The position numbers and the translations under genes were made by a program. This document shows positions 25,049 to 36,798 of a DNA stretch of 64,000 nucleotides, piece after piece. This stretch comes from Malacoraja senta (taxonomy: Eukaryota): positions 4,528,001-4,592,000 of the forward strand of contig CM075990.1 in assembly GCA_038087875.1 (NCBI GenBank), read 5' to 3'. Below the pieces are notes generated by a model. That model ran no database searches. It was not told the DNA's origin and saw only the letters and a list, made by a program, of their open reading frames with translations. Within the stretch, counting starts at the first letter, position 1, and every line of letters begins with the position of its first letter.

Positions 25049-25479
25049 CTGTGGGATGTAAAAGAAAAGCCGCAGCTTTATACAAAGACAGACACAAATT
25101 CTGGAGTAACTCAGTGGGTCAGGCAGTATCTCTGGAGACATCAGGCAGTAATGAACCTTTGCCTCTGGGAATTACCCTGGATAGAGTGGATGTGGAGAGG
25201 ATGTTTCTATTAGTGGGAGAGTCTAGGACCAGGAGGGCGTAACCGCAGAATTAAAGGACGTACCTTTAGAAAGGAGTTGAGGAGGGATTTCTTTATTGGA
25301 ATTCATTGCCACAGATGGCTGTGGAGGCCGTCAATGGATATATTTCAGCGAGATTGACGGATACTTGATTAGGTACGGGGTGCCAGGGGTTATGGGGAGA
25401 AGCAGGAGAATGGGTTGAGTGGGAAAGATTGATCAGCCATGATGAAAAGGCTGAGTAGACTCGATGTGCTGAATCTACT

Positions 25480-25925
25480 TCTCCCTCTCTCCCCCTCTCT
25501 CCCTCTCTCTGTCTCTCTCCTCTCTCTCTTCTCCCTCCCTCTCTCTCTCCCCTCCCTCTCTCTCTCTCTCTCCCTCTTCTCCTCTCTCTCTCCCTCTCTC
25601 TCTCCTCTCTCTCTCCCTCCCTCTCTCCCCCTCTCTCCCCCCTCTCTCCCCCTCTCTCCCCCTCTCTCTCTCTCTCCCCTCTCTCTCTCTCCCTCCCTCT
25701 CCCCCTCTCTCCCCCTCTCTCTCTCCTTCCCCCTCTCTCCCCTCTCTCCCCCTCTCTCCCCCTCTCCCCCTCTTCCCCTCTCTCCCCCCTCTCTCTCCCT
25801 CTCCCCCTCTCCCCCTCTCCCCCTCTCTCCCTCTCTCCCTCTCTCCCTCCCCTCTCTCTCTCTCCCTCCCTCTCGTCTCTGTCTCTCTCTCTCTCTCCGT
25901 CTCTGTCTCTCTCTCACTCTCTCTC
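25480..25925. repeat. (CT)n/C-rich microsatellite
   Basis: Seen directly. Confidence 0.95.
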
Positions 25926-26483
25926 ATTGGGATCATTGACTTTTGTTGCCAAGGTTTTAGAGTAAAGCATACTCACTTCCCCAATGTGCTGGACAAACTA
26001 GAAGATGCATTGCCCTGCACTGTTTCCCAGACCTCCAATGAGCTGGTTCAATGGTTGAAGGGTCTGGAAGAAGGGCCTCAACCCAAAACGTCACCCATTC
26101 CTTGTATCCAGAGATGCTGCCTGTCCCCCGAGTTACTCCAGCATTTTTGTCTATCTTCGTTTCAATGGTTCAAAGGTTTCCATATTATTAGGAAAACTAG
26201 AGGTGAGAAAAAGGTACCGAACAAGATCATTCTGTTCTGGGGTTTGTTCTGTAACTTTTCATACCTCTAGCTGTCCCTGTCCCCTGACTCTCAGTCTGAA
26301 GAACTGTGTGCAGGATAGTGTTCGTGTGCAGGGGTCGGTGCAGACTCGGTGGGCTGAAGAGCCTGTTTCCGCGCTGTATCTCTCAACTAAACTAAACAGA
26401 TAATCTATGGAAAGAAAATAGAGCAGCTTTGTTAGTTCATTATGATTTGATGGGGGCTTTCAAATCTCGCACGAGAAACCTTG

Positions 26484-26791
26484 GCCGCACGGTGGCGCAG
26501 CGGTACAGTGGCTGCCTCACAGCGCCAGAGACACGGGGTCTTTCCTGATGACCGGTGCTGTCTGTACGGAGTTTATACGTTCTCCCCGTGACCTGCAATT
26601 GGTTTCTCCGAGATCTTCCGTTTCCTCCCCGCTCTCCAAAGACATACAGGTTGTAGGTTAAGTGGCTTGGTACAATAGTAATTGTCACTAGTGTGTGTGG
26701 GATAGTGTTTGTGTGCAGGGATTGCTGGTCGCTGCGGACTCGGTGGCCGAAGGGCCTGTTTCCGTGCTATATCACTAAACTAAACTAAACT
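26484..26791 (+). mobile_element. HE1-like SINE
   Basis: tRNA-like head, V-domain, tail. Confidence 0.85.
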
Positions 26792-27323
26792 AGAGCAGAT
26801 AATCTATGGAAAGAAAGCAGAGCATCTTTATTGGTACATATGGACGACGGGAATTTCAAATCCCGCACGAGAAACTTCATTTCTATCAGTCATAGAAACT
26901 GAAACATAGAAAATAGGTGCAGGAGTAGGCCATCGGCCCTTCGAGCCAGCACTGCCATTCAATATGATCATGGGCTGATCATCTAAAATCAGTATCCTCG
27001 TTCCTGGCTTCTCCCCATATCCCTTGATTCCCGTTAGCCCAAAGAGCTAAATCTCTTCTCTTGAAAACACCCAGTGAATGGCCACCACTGCCTTCTGTGG
27101 CAGAGAATTGCAACAGATTCACAACTCTCTGTGTGAAAAGGTGTTTTCCTCATCTCAGTCCTAATGACCTACCCCCTTATTCTTAAATGTGGCCCCTTGT
27201 TCTGGTCTCCCAGACACTCTGGGTGAAGTCCAGGTGGAGCTGACAATGTTTGCATCTTCCACTTTAAATAAAAGTCAACTGAATTACAGAAGGTTAGAGG
27301 AAGAAGTGTATTGATTTCTCTTT

Positions 27324-27523
27324 NNNNNNNNNNNNNNNNNNNNNNNNNNNNNNNNNNNNNNNNNNNNNNNNNNNNNNNNNNNNNNNNNNNNNNNNNNNNN
27401 NNNNNNNNNNNNNNNNNNNNNNNNNNNNNNNNNNNNNNNNNNNNNNNNNNNNNNNNNNNNNNNNNNNNNNNNNNNNNNNNNNNNNNNNNNNNNNNNNNNN
27501 NNNNNNNNNNNNNNNNNNNNNNN
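27324..27523. other. Assembly gap (200 N)
   Basis: Run of N; the flanking CR1 copy at 26895-27210 is visibly indel-rich. Confidence 1.
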
Positions 27524-28348
27524 GGTCACAGGAAACCCGAAACAGGATGAATCTTAAAATGGAGGCACTAAAGACTGGGAGAGGGTGTACCTTCGATTTT
27601 CCAGCATCTGCAGTTCCTTCGTTAACACTGGGAGAGGATGTTGGATAAGGGACAAAAAGCTGCTGCAGTTGAAACGCACGGCAGGCATTTGCAGTTTAAC
27701 GGAGTGGAGACTGCAAGAGCATTAAGTGCAGATGAAGAAACCTTTTGCTCCAGAGTCTTTTGCCCAGAGTAGGGAATCGAGAACCAGAGGACATAGATTT
27801 AAAACGATAGGGTGGAAATGTAATAATAACCCAAGGGGCAACTTTTGTACACAAAGGATGGTGGGTTTATGAGACGAGCTGCTGGAGGAGGTAGTTGAGG
27901 CAGGTACTATTGCGACGTTTAAGAAACATTTAGATGTACATGGATAGGATAGGTTTAGAGGGATAGGGGGCAAACGCAGACAGGTGGGACTGGTGTAGAT
28001 GGGACGTGTTGGTGGGTGTGGGCAAGTTGGGCCTCAGTGGCCGGTTTCCACACTGTGAGTCTCTACCTAATGTGGAGGCTTCATGGAAAGAAGGCCACTG
28101 GAGTGCAGAAGCTGGCTAAGGATGGGGAGTCCGGGTCAGTACCGTGTTACTGTGGCCACAATCTCGGACCTGACCCTGAGGAGGGTCTGACTGCAGTTTG
28201 ATCCCAAATTCCCTGGACGAACCTGACCGTTACCCCTTGGATTCCTGATGGTTTTGGACATCAACCAACGTGCTTCATAGATCACACATGCACTAGTCTT
28301 AAAGACAGCATCCGGAGTCAGGATCGAGCCGGGGTCTCTGCCGCTTAA

Positions 28349-28666
28349 GGCCCTATCACACTTTCCCGAGTTACTCACGAACTCTCCCGAGTTTTCCCCT
28401 TGATTCAAACTCGGGGAATGTCGGTAGCGAGTACGTAGGAGCCCGTAGGAGTCCGTAGATATTTCGTAGCGGCTCGTAATGCCAGCCGTAGGAACTCGGG
28501 GCAACAGGTAAGTTTGGGCGTTTTTTCAACATGTTGAAAAATGTCCACGAGTTTTAAAAAAATAGCCCCGAGTGCCTACGAACGGCTATACCGTAATTCT
28601 CCGAGTTCGAATCAAGGGGGAAACTCGGGAGAGTTCGTGAGTAACTCGGGAAAGTGGGACAGGGCC
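28349..28666. mobile_element. PIF/Harbinger-like MITE with about 70-bp TIRs, nested in a SINE fragment
   Basis: ggccctatcacactttcccgagttactcacgaactctccc... is mirrored by ...gggagagttcgtgagtaactcgggaaagtgggacagggcc. Confidence 0.8.
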
Positions 28667-29564
28667 AGCAGCTCTACCCCAGAGCCACTGTGCTGATGTG
28701 AGGATTTTACTGATAAAGCAGGAGTGTATCGGTGTTGCAGTGGGTACATCTTAGAGAAGGCTGGAGTTTGCCAGGTCTACTGGTTCAAAAGGGTAGCTCT
28801 GTACACATCAATTCATTGGACCAGGCTCAGAAAAGCGACTGAATGTTGGTGTATCGTGAAGGCGCTGGAGGTAATACCCCGGTCTCTCTCTTCCCGGCCC
28901 ATTCCTCATGTCCGTGGTTGCCAGCGACTCCCTCATCCTCGACTCCAGTCTGGGAAAGAGGTGACCACAGGATCGAGTGGAACAGTGGCTGAACTTCAGA
29001 TACCTTGTCCAAGTGTCCACTGTGAGTGTGACTGGGCCGGTGTCGAAATCCTTGTCAAATGACCGCACAAACACGGCAAGTAGGTTAAATAATAATAGAA
29101 GAATATTTGCAGGTACAATCACAACATTTAAAGAATCCTTTGGACAGGTATGGATAGGATACGTTTAGTGGGAGATGGGCCAAACGCAGGCAGGTGGGAC
29201 GAGTGTAGATGAGACATGTTTGGTCGGCTTGGGAAAGTTGGGCCGAAGGGCCTGTTTCCATACTGTGTGATCCTATGAGAGTATTTCAAGATATTCAAGA
29301 TAAAACCGTGTGGGTTTTCTCCGGGTGCTCCGGTTTCCAACGACGTGCAGATTTGTAGGTTAATTGACTTTGTTCCAAATTGTAAATGCTCCCTAGTGTG
29401 TTGGATAGTGTTGGTATGATCGCTTGTCAGCGCACACTCGATGGGCCGATCCATGCTGTGTCTCTAAAGCTAAACTAGAGTGTGGTGAGTTCTCATGTTT
29501 GTCTGTCTCTGAAGTAGCTGAGCTGCTCTGGCTTAACTTCCATTTCTTTGTTTCCTCCAAACAG

Positions 29565-29607
29565 GCACCAAAACAAAAGGAGGGCATGGTACAAAGCGTG
29601 AACACAG
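29565..29607 (+). CDS. SNCG: Gamma-synuclein coding exon 2 (GTKTKEGMVQSVNT; 43 nt as assembled, one extra A at 29575-29578)
   Basis: Pyrimidine-rich acceptor ...ccaaacag, donor G|gtaacc; KTKEG repeat after frameshift correction. Confidence 0.9.
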
Positions 29608-29697
29608 GTAACCTATAACGTGGCAACGAGCACCAAACGCCCACTCCGTTCTCTCGGGACCCTGTGTTTTAAGATGTGTTTCTCATTTGGTTGGCAG

Positions 29698-29825
29698 TGG
29701 CTGAGAAGACCAAGGAGCAAGCCAACATGGTTGGAGGGGCGGTGGTGGCCGGGGTGAACACGGTGGCCAACAAGACGGTGGAAGGAGCGGAGAATGTGGC
29801 AATGGCTTCTGGGGTGGTGAAATTG
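29698..29825 (+). CDS. SNCG: Gamma-synuclein coding exon 3 (128 nt, NAC-like region)
   Basis: [43 protein letters not shown]; ttggcag acceptor, gtgaga donor; preceded by a 90-nt intron. Confidence 0.97.
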
Positions 29826-31286
29826 GTGAGACCTCTCTTTCAAAACCCAGATCCAAACCTAAAATGCTCTCAATCTCGGGCGTGGCGTAGACTCATAGAG
29901 TCATACAGCGTGGAAACAGGCCCCAACTTGCCCACACCGACTAACATGCCCCATCGATGGATTTAAGAGAGAGTTAGATAGAGCTCTAGGGGCTAGTGGA
30001 GTCAAGGGATATGGGGAGAAGGCAGGCACGGGTTATTGATAGGGGACGATCAGCCATGATGACAATGAATGGCGGAGCTGGCTCGGGGCCGAATGGCCTC
30101 CTCCTGCACCTATTTTCTATGTTTCTATGTTTCTATCTACACTTGTCCCACCTGCCTGCGTTTGGCCACATCCTCCTAAAATCATCATGGTGATTTGGTG
30201 TCTCACACCATGATCCCTTTATTAAATTGCAATAGCAGCCAGGGCCACGAGAAATAATTCTTGTGATGGAGGCACCATGAATGATTTGAGATATAATGTT
30301 CACTGCTAGTTAGCCCATGACATTGATGGGTGGGATAGACACAAAGTGCCAGGCAGGGTCAGGCAGCACCTCTGGAGAAGAGGACTAGGTGATGTTTCGG
30401 GTAGGAACCCTGCTTCCCTCCCACACATTGACGGTTTGGACTTCTCTCAAATTGCCACAGGGCAACTTTGATTACATTGCAGCTCTTCAGATACAATTAC
30501 ACAGATACTGGGGTCACATAGAGGTCAGGGCATGTTGGAGCAGTTAATCGCCTCCATGGACATTTGCCAACCAGACATTTTAATCATTTCATGGGCCCTT
30601 TATTGCTGGAAGACCTTTCATTAATTTCTAGACCATTCATCAATTCTCAAAGCATCGTGAGATTTTAACCCCTGGTTTCTAGGCGATTCGCCCTGTCATA
30701 TAAAGACTAAAAATAAGCAGCTGTCCCCAACAATCACATTGACACTCGTACAACTGTGACCTTATAACGAGCAGAGACACTATAAACCAACATTACTATA
30801 ACAACATCTAAAGGACATTTGGACAGGTACATGTTAGGAAGGGTTTAGAGGCATATGGGTCAAACATGGGCAGATGGGACTAGTGTAGATAGGGTATCTT
30901 GTTCGGCATGACTATGTTGGGCTGAAGGGCCTGTTTCCATGCTGCCTGACTCTACGACATGGTACTCTGAAGCACCCGTGTGATATACTGTAGAGTTAAG
31001 GATCTTACTGAGTTGACAGTTTCAGGGACACTGTTGTGAATAGTATGTAGGCAGCATGGTGTCGCAGCAGTAGAGTTTCTGCCTAGAGACTCCGTTTTCT
31101 CTGACTGCTTCTGTTTCCTCCCACACTCCAAAGACGTACGGGTTTGTAGGTTAATTGGCTACAGCAAGTTGTTAAATAGTCCCTAGTGCATCTTCTTGCA
31201 ATGAGCTGGTGAGATTATTGGCAGAAGGCTATTCGATCTCATTGAAACAAAGCAAAAAAATACAACTGATCATTATCAATCCTGCT

Positions 31287-31521
31287 TAAGAAAGAACTGC
31301 AGATGCTGGAAAATCGAAGGTAGACAAAAATGCTGGAGAAACTCAGCGGGTGAGGCAGCATCTATGGAGCGAAGGAAATAGGCAACGTATCGGGTCGAGA
31401 CCTTTCTTCAGAAAACGTTGTCTATTTCCTTCGCTCCATAGATGCTGCTTCGCCCGCTGAGTTTCTCCAGCACTTTTGTCTACCTTCAACTTTCCAGCAT
31501 CTGCAGTTCCTTCTTAAACAC
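31287..31521. mobile_element. Palindromic Penelope-derived short element with 13-bp TSD
   Basis: About 105-bp inverted arms; tatcaatcctgct at 31274-31286 and 31522-31534. Confidence 0.85.
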
Positions 31522-31776
31522 TATCAATCCTGCTGCTCACTTTACACGGCCTTATTAAACAAAGTGCCACCTCTTCACCGAGGTGCCCACCTTAAATCCA
31601 ATTCCCTAAGTAGCAATGAAAGTCTATTTACTCCTGCTGTTGGAGAATCATTCCAGTACAGTTTCCACAGTGACCGGGGCCTGCAGTGTAAACAGTGTGG
31701 GGGGGGGGGGGGGGAGGGGGGGGAAAGCCTGTGTCACATCCACACAACTTACAACGTTAGGAGAAGGAGGTTCCAC

Positions 31777-32086
31777 TTAGTTTAGTTTTGAGATACAGCG
31801 CAAAAACAGGCCCTTCGGCCCACTGAGTCCGTGCCGACCAGCGATCCCCGTACACTAGCACTATCCTACACACTAGGGACAATTTACCATCTATACCAAA
31901 GCCAGTCAACCTACAAACCTGTAGATCTTTGGAGTGTGGGAGGAAACTGGAGCGCCCGGAGAAAACCCAAGTGGTCACGGGGAGAACGTGCAAACTCCGT
32001 ACAGACAGCAGCCGTAGTCAGGATCAAACCTGGGTCTGTGGCGCTGTAAGGCAGCAACTCTACCGCTGCTCCACTGTGCCGCCCTG
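31777..32086 (-). mobile_element. HE1-like SINE
   Basis: Reverse complement of the SINE pattern. Confidence 0.85.
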
Positions 32087-33244
32087 GTTGCCTACAGAAT
32101 ACTGACCATATCACCCGAGCAGTGTAAGAGGGACACGTACAGGCTGAAAATGATCAGGGAGAAAGTGATGGATGCAAAATGCTGGAGTAACTCAGTGGGG
32201 CAGGCAGCATCTCTGGAGAGAAGGAATAGGTGACATTTCAGGTCGAGACCCTTCTTCAGAAAGTGATATTGGTCTTGGACAACAATGAATCAGGTGCCCA
32301 TTTCACATTGCAACCACTGACATGAATGGAACAGAAGACTGGACTACTCACAGCATTGCAAGCTGGATCTATCTCTATAATGAAAAGGAATTGCAGATGC
32401 TGGTTTATACCCATGATAGACACAATGTGCTGGAGTAACTCAACGGGTCAGGCAGCATCTCTGGAAAAAACGGGTAGATGACACTTCAGGTTGGGACCCT
32501 TCAGAAGAATTAGTCTGAAGAAGGGTGCTGACCCGAAACGTCATGTATCCATTTTCTCCAGAGATGCTGCCTGACTCACTGAGTTACTCCAGCACTTTGT
32601 GTCTATCTTTGGATCATTCTCTGGTTCTGCAGCCCAAGACCATTCTTACCCCTAAGAGAGAGCAGCAGTGTGTAATTCTGCAGGGTTTGGAGAAGGGCGG
32701 CACGGTGGCATAGTTGGTAGAGTTGCTGCCTCGCAGCGCCAGAGACCCAGGTTCGATCCTGACCTTGTGAGTTTTCCCCGGGTGCTCCAGTTTCCTCCCA
32801 CATCCCGAAGATGTGAAGGTTTTTATAGGTTAATTGGCCTCTGTATAATTGCCCCATGTGTGTAGAACTAGTGTGAAGAAGGGGTGATCAATGGTCAGCA
32901 TGGACTAGGTGGGCCGAAGAGCCTGTTTCCGTGCTGTATCTCGAAACTAAGGGGTTGGGAATCACCAAGAGAGGCTGGGGACATGTGGGGACTCTCTGCT
33001 CTGGGCATGAGATGGTTAAGGGGACAAATGAGAACGGCATTTCTGCCAAAGCTTAATAGGTCAGAGCAAAGGAACGTAATAAGCAGAAGAATGAAGGAAG
33101 AAATGTGGCCAACTTTATATACAGAGAGTTGCCAGGCATTGACATCTCCAACAACAAACAGGAAGGCAGCAGAAGGCAATATCACTTTTTTAAAAGGGCA
33201 TTGATGAAAAGTTAAAAAATGAGTGGGGAGGAAGCAAAGAAATT

Positions 33245-33547
33245 GGGCGGCACGGTGGCGCAGCGGGTAGAGCTGCTGCCTCATAGCGCCAGAGATCCGC
33301 GTTCAATCCTGACATCGAGTGCTATGTGTGTGGAGTTTGCACGTTCTCCCAGTGACCCCGTGGGTTTTCTCCGGGTGCTCTGGTTTCCTCCCACATCCTA
33401 AAGACCCATACAGGTTTGCAGGTTAATTGGCTCCTGTAAATTGTCCCTGGTGTGTGTAGGATAGAACTAGTGTACGGGTGATCGCTGATCGGCACGGACA
33501 CGATGGGCCGAAGGGCCTGTCTCCACGCTGTATCTTTAAACTAAAGA
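33245..33547 (+). mobile_element. HE1-like SINE (another copy at 32695-32951)
   Basis: tRNA-like head ggcggcacggtggcgcagcgggtagag, V-domain, tail. Confidence 0.85.
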
Positions 33548-35705
33548 CTACTTCCCACTCTGGTCCCCGGCCCTCTGACATCAGTGGCCGTGTTCTCTGT
33601 TGAATTTGGTGAAAGACTGACAGCTTAATGTCAGCGCTGGTCCCAGGTAGTGGGGTTTCTTCCTGTACAGATACTTCCTGGTGTGTTGTGTGTGTGGGGG
33701 GCTGGCTGCAGGTTCAGCTGCTGACTAATGCAGCCCCTGCACCCTTCCTCCAGCCGCCCTTGACGCTGCATTATTTAACACGCCTCCATTCTGCTGCATG
33801 GCTCAGAGAGGAGTACACTGCAATGCAGATGCAGTGGTGCTGTGAGAGGAGTGGCAGCAGCCATCCCACCCCTGCATGCCCCTCCCCCCCCTTTAACCCC
33901 TTCAGTGCTGGCAAGGGGCGTAGGCTTTGCAGCTTTCCTCAGGGCAGCTTGCGACCAGCAATGTGCAGCCCCATCATCAGCAGCTGGGACAGGTTCAAGT
34001 GAACGCCAACTGATGCATTCACTTCTTAAAACAGTGCAGGCTGCAAGCTGAACTGCAAGCAGTGTTCAGTGCCGGCTCTCTGGGCTTTGAATCCATTTTA
34101 ATTCCAAGATTATCAGAAAATCGACACAAAATGCTGGAGTGACTCAGGCAGCATCTTTGGAGAGAAGGAACGGGTGATGTTTTGCTTCGAGTCTCTTCTT
34201 CAGACTGAGATATCAGAACTTGTTTTTCCCTCAGTCTTGGGCAGATTGTCGACCGATGTGTCTGAAGAAGTGAAGCTTTTTCCCTCTGTAAAACGGTCAA
34301 CATTTATCTGCTATTCAGCAGATATTTACTGGTTATCACTGGTTGATGTGAATAGATTGGCTCTTGCATTTCCAACCTTACAGCAGCAATTCAATAAAAA
34401 TGATTTCAACTCAGCATAGCCTTAGAGTCATGCAGCGTGGAAACAGGCCCTTCGGCCCAACTTGCCCACACTGACCAACATGTCCCATCTACACTAGTCC
34501 CACCTGCCTGCATTTGGCCCATATCCCTCCAAACCTGTCCTATCCATGAACCCGTGTGTTTAGGAAGGAACTGCAGATGCTGGTTTAAGCCATAGATAGA
34601 CACAAAAAAATGGAGTAACTCAGTGGGTCAGACAGCATCTCTGGAGAAAAGGAATAGGTGGCGTAAGGGTCTTGACCTGCTAAGTTACTCCAGCTTTAGT
34701 TGTCTATCTTCTACCAATGTACGTCTAACTGTTTCTTAAACATTGCGATAGTCCCTGCCTCCTCTGGTTCCATACACCCACCACCCTTTATGTGAAAAAA
34801 GTTACCCCTCAGATTCCTATTAAATCTTTTCCCCTTCACCTTAAACCCATGTCCACAGCTTTAATCTGGATGTAAACTTATCCGGTTGAGGCACCTGTCT
34901 GATGAATGGTGTCTCATTCACCACATCTAGTGCATCTACAACACTGTAAGATGCCACTGGTTTAAGCAGTCATGGTTTCTTGAACATTGATTCTATGGAC
35001 AGGTACTTGGATAGGAAAGGCAAAGAGGGTTGTCAGCGGGTCGGACAGCATCTCTGGAGAAAAGGAATAGGTGGCGTTTCGGGTGGAGACCCTTCTTCAG
35101 ACTCGACTGCGAAACGTCACCTATTCCTTTTTTCCAGAGATGCTGTCTGACCCGCTGAGCTACTCCAGCATTCTGTGTCTGTCTTTGGTTTAAACCAGCA
35201 TCTGCGGTTCATTCCTGCACATTGAGGGATAAGTGCCGGAGGCAGGCAAATGGCATCAGCATCCATTTTATCGTCTTCACGAACAGAATGGAAGAGGTAG
35301 TTGAAAGGGTGCATTTCTGAGATTATTATAACACAGATGAAAGAATGAGAGGCTCTGAATGAGTTTTTCCATTTGCAAAATCATGCCACGTTTCTTGACA
35401 AATTTGCCCCCCAAAACGCTGAAATCTTGCACCAGAAAATTGTGGACATTTCTTCAACCCTGGTGAGGCTTTAGAATGTGTAGGAAGGAACTGCAGATGC
35501 TGGTTTACACAGAAGGCAGACACAAAAAGCTGGAGTAACTCAGCGGGACAGGCAGCGTCTCTGGAGAAAAGGAATAGGTGACGTTTTGGGTTGGAACCCT
35601 TCTTCCGAATTAGAATAATTCTTCAGGCTTTAGAATAATGTATATAGAAAAGGCATTGAAGGAATTAGGCGGTAATCATTGTCAATTAGGAGTTGCAAGG
35701 AAAGA

Positions 35706-35920
35706 GTGCAGGAAGGAACTGCAGATGCTGGTTTACACTGAAGATAGACGCAAAGTGCTGGAGTAACTCAACTGGTCAGGCAGCATCTCTGGAGAGAAAG
35801 AATGGGTGACGTTTCGGGTCGAGACCCTTCTTCAGACTGAGCCCAAAACATCACCCGTTCCTTCTCTCTCGAGATGCTGCTAGTCCCACTGAGTTACTCC
35901 AGCATTTTGTGTCTATTCAC
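35706..35920. mobile_element. Palindromic Penelope-derived short element
   Basis: Inverted arms around a hammerhead-like core; flanking gaaagagt direct repeat. Confidence 0.75.
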
Positions 35921-36702
35921 TGAAAGAGTATTTAATTAGGAGAGAGGGTGAGATAAATGAAGAAGGAATATAAGAATGGAAACATTAAGAAGCTCAAGGG
36001 AAGGTTTACTGGTTGCAGATATGAGAAACCTATTATTGCCTTCCTGATCCTCAAAGTCTCTTGGAACATAAATCTCATAATTGAAATTGTGTTTGTGTTA
36101 TCGTGTTCCAGTGAATGGTGTCTGAAAAGGTGTAGAGGGTTTTCTCTCTTTATAATGAACAACATTTTATCTGTCACCGAGCAGATATTAACTGGTTATC
36201 ACCAGCCCCTTGCTCCAGTGAATACAACACTCATTTGTGGTGCAGATTGAATTGTGGAAACGTTCAGGGAGGAGACGGACAGACATGCTGTGATCTTCTA
36301 CTTATGTGGGGCTAAATGTCAAGTGAGCCGTGACGATTTGTTATATCTGATCTCATGGTCACATCTGATACGAGGATAGACACAAAAAACTTAGCGGGTC
36401 AGGCAGGGTCTCTGGAGAAAAGGAATAGGCAATGTTTCGGGTCGAGACCCTCCTTCAGGAGTCCGGAGTGAAGGCAAGAGAATGGGTTGAGAGGGAAAGA
36501 TAGACCAGTTGTGATTGAAAGGCGGAGTGGACGTAGACAGATGGCCTAATTCTCCTCCTGTGTTTTATAAACCTATGAGAAAGTATAAACTTTACAATGA
36601 GCATGGTGGAGAAGCATGGACCTCAGGTGAGACCCTGTTGAGAGATTTTCTTCCTCTACACCAAGGGCTGACCAAATATCACTGTATTTCTTTTTTCTCT
36701 AG

Positions 36703-36798
36703 GATGAACATGGTAGAGAAATCCCAGCTGGCCAGGTGGCTGAGCAAGAACAGACCTTTGAGGAACCCCTGCTGGAAGCTACAGAGGCAACTGAAAGG
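36703..36798 (+). CDS. SNCG: Gamma-synuclein coding exon 4 (96 nt, acidic tail)
   Basis: ttttttctctag acceptor, DEHGREIPAGQVAEQEQTFEEPLLEATEATER, gtaagg donor; resembles the Torpedo synuclein C-terminus. Confidence 0.93.

Noticed and set aside
33245..33320. tRNA genes at the A/B-box sequences
   Set aside because: Each continues into the SINE V-domain and LINE-derived tail, so they are SINE heads.
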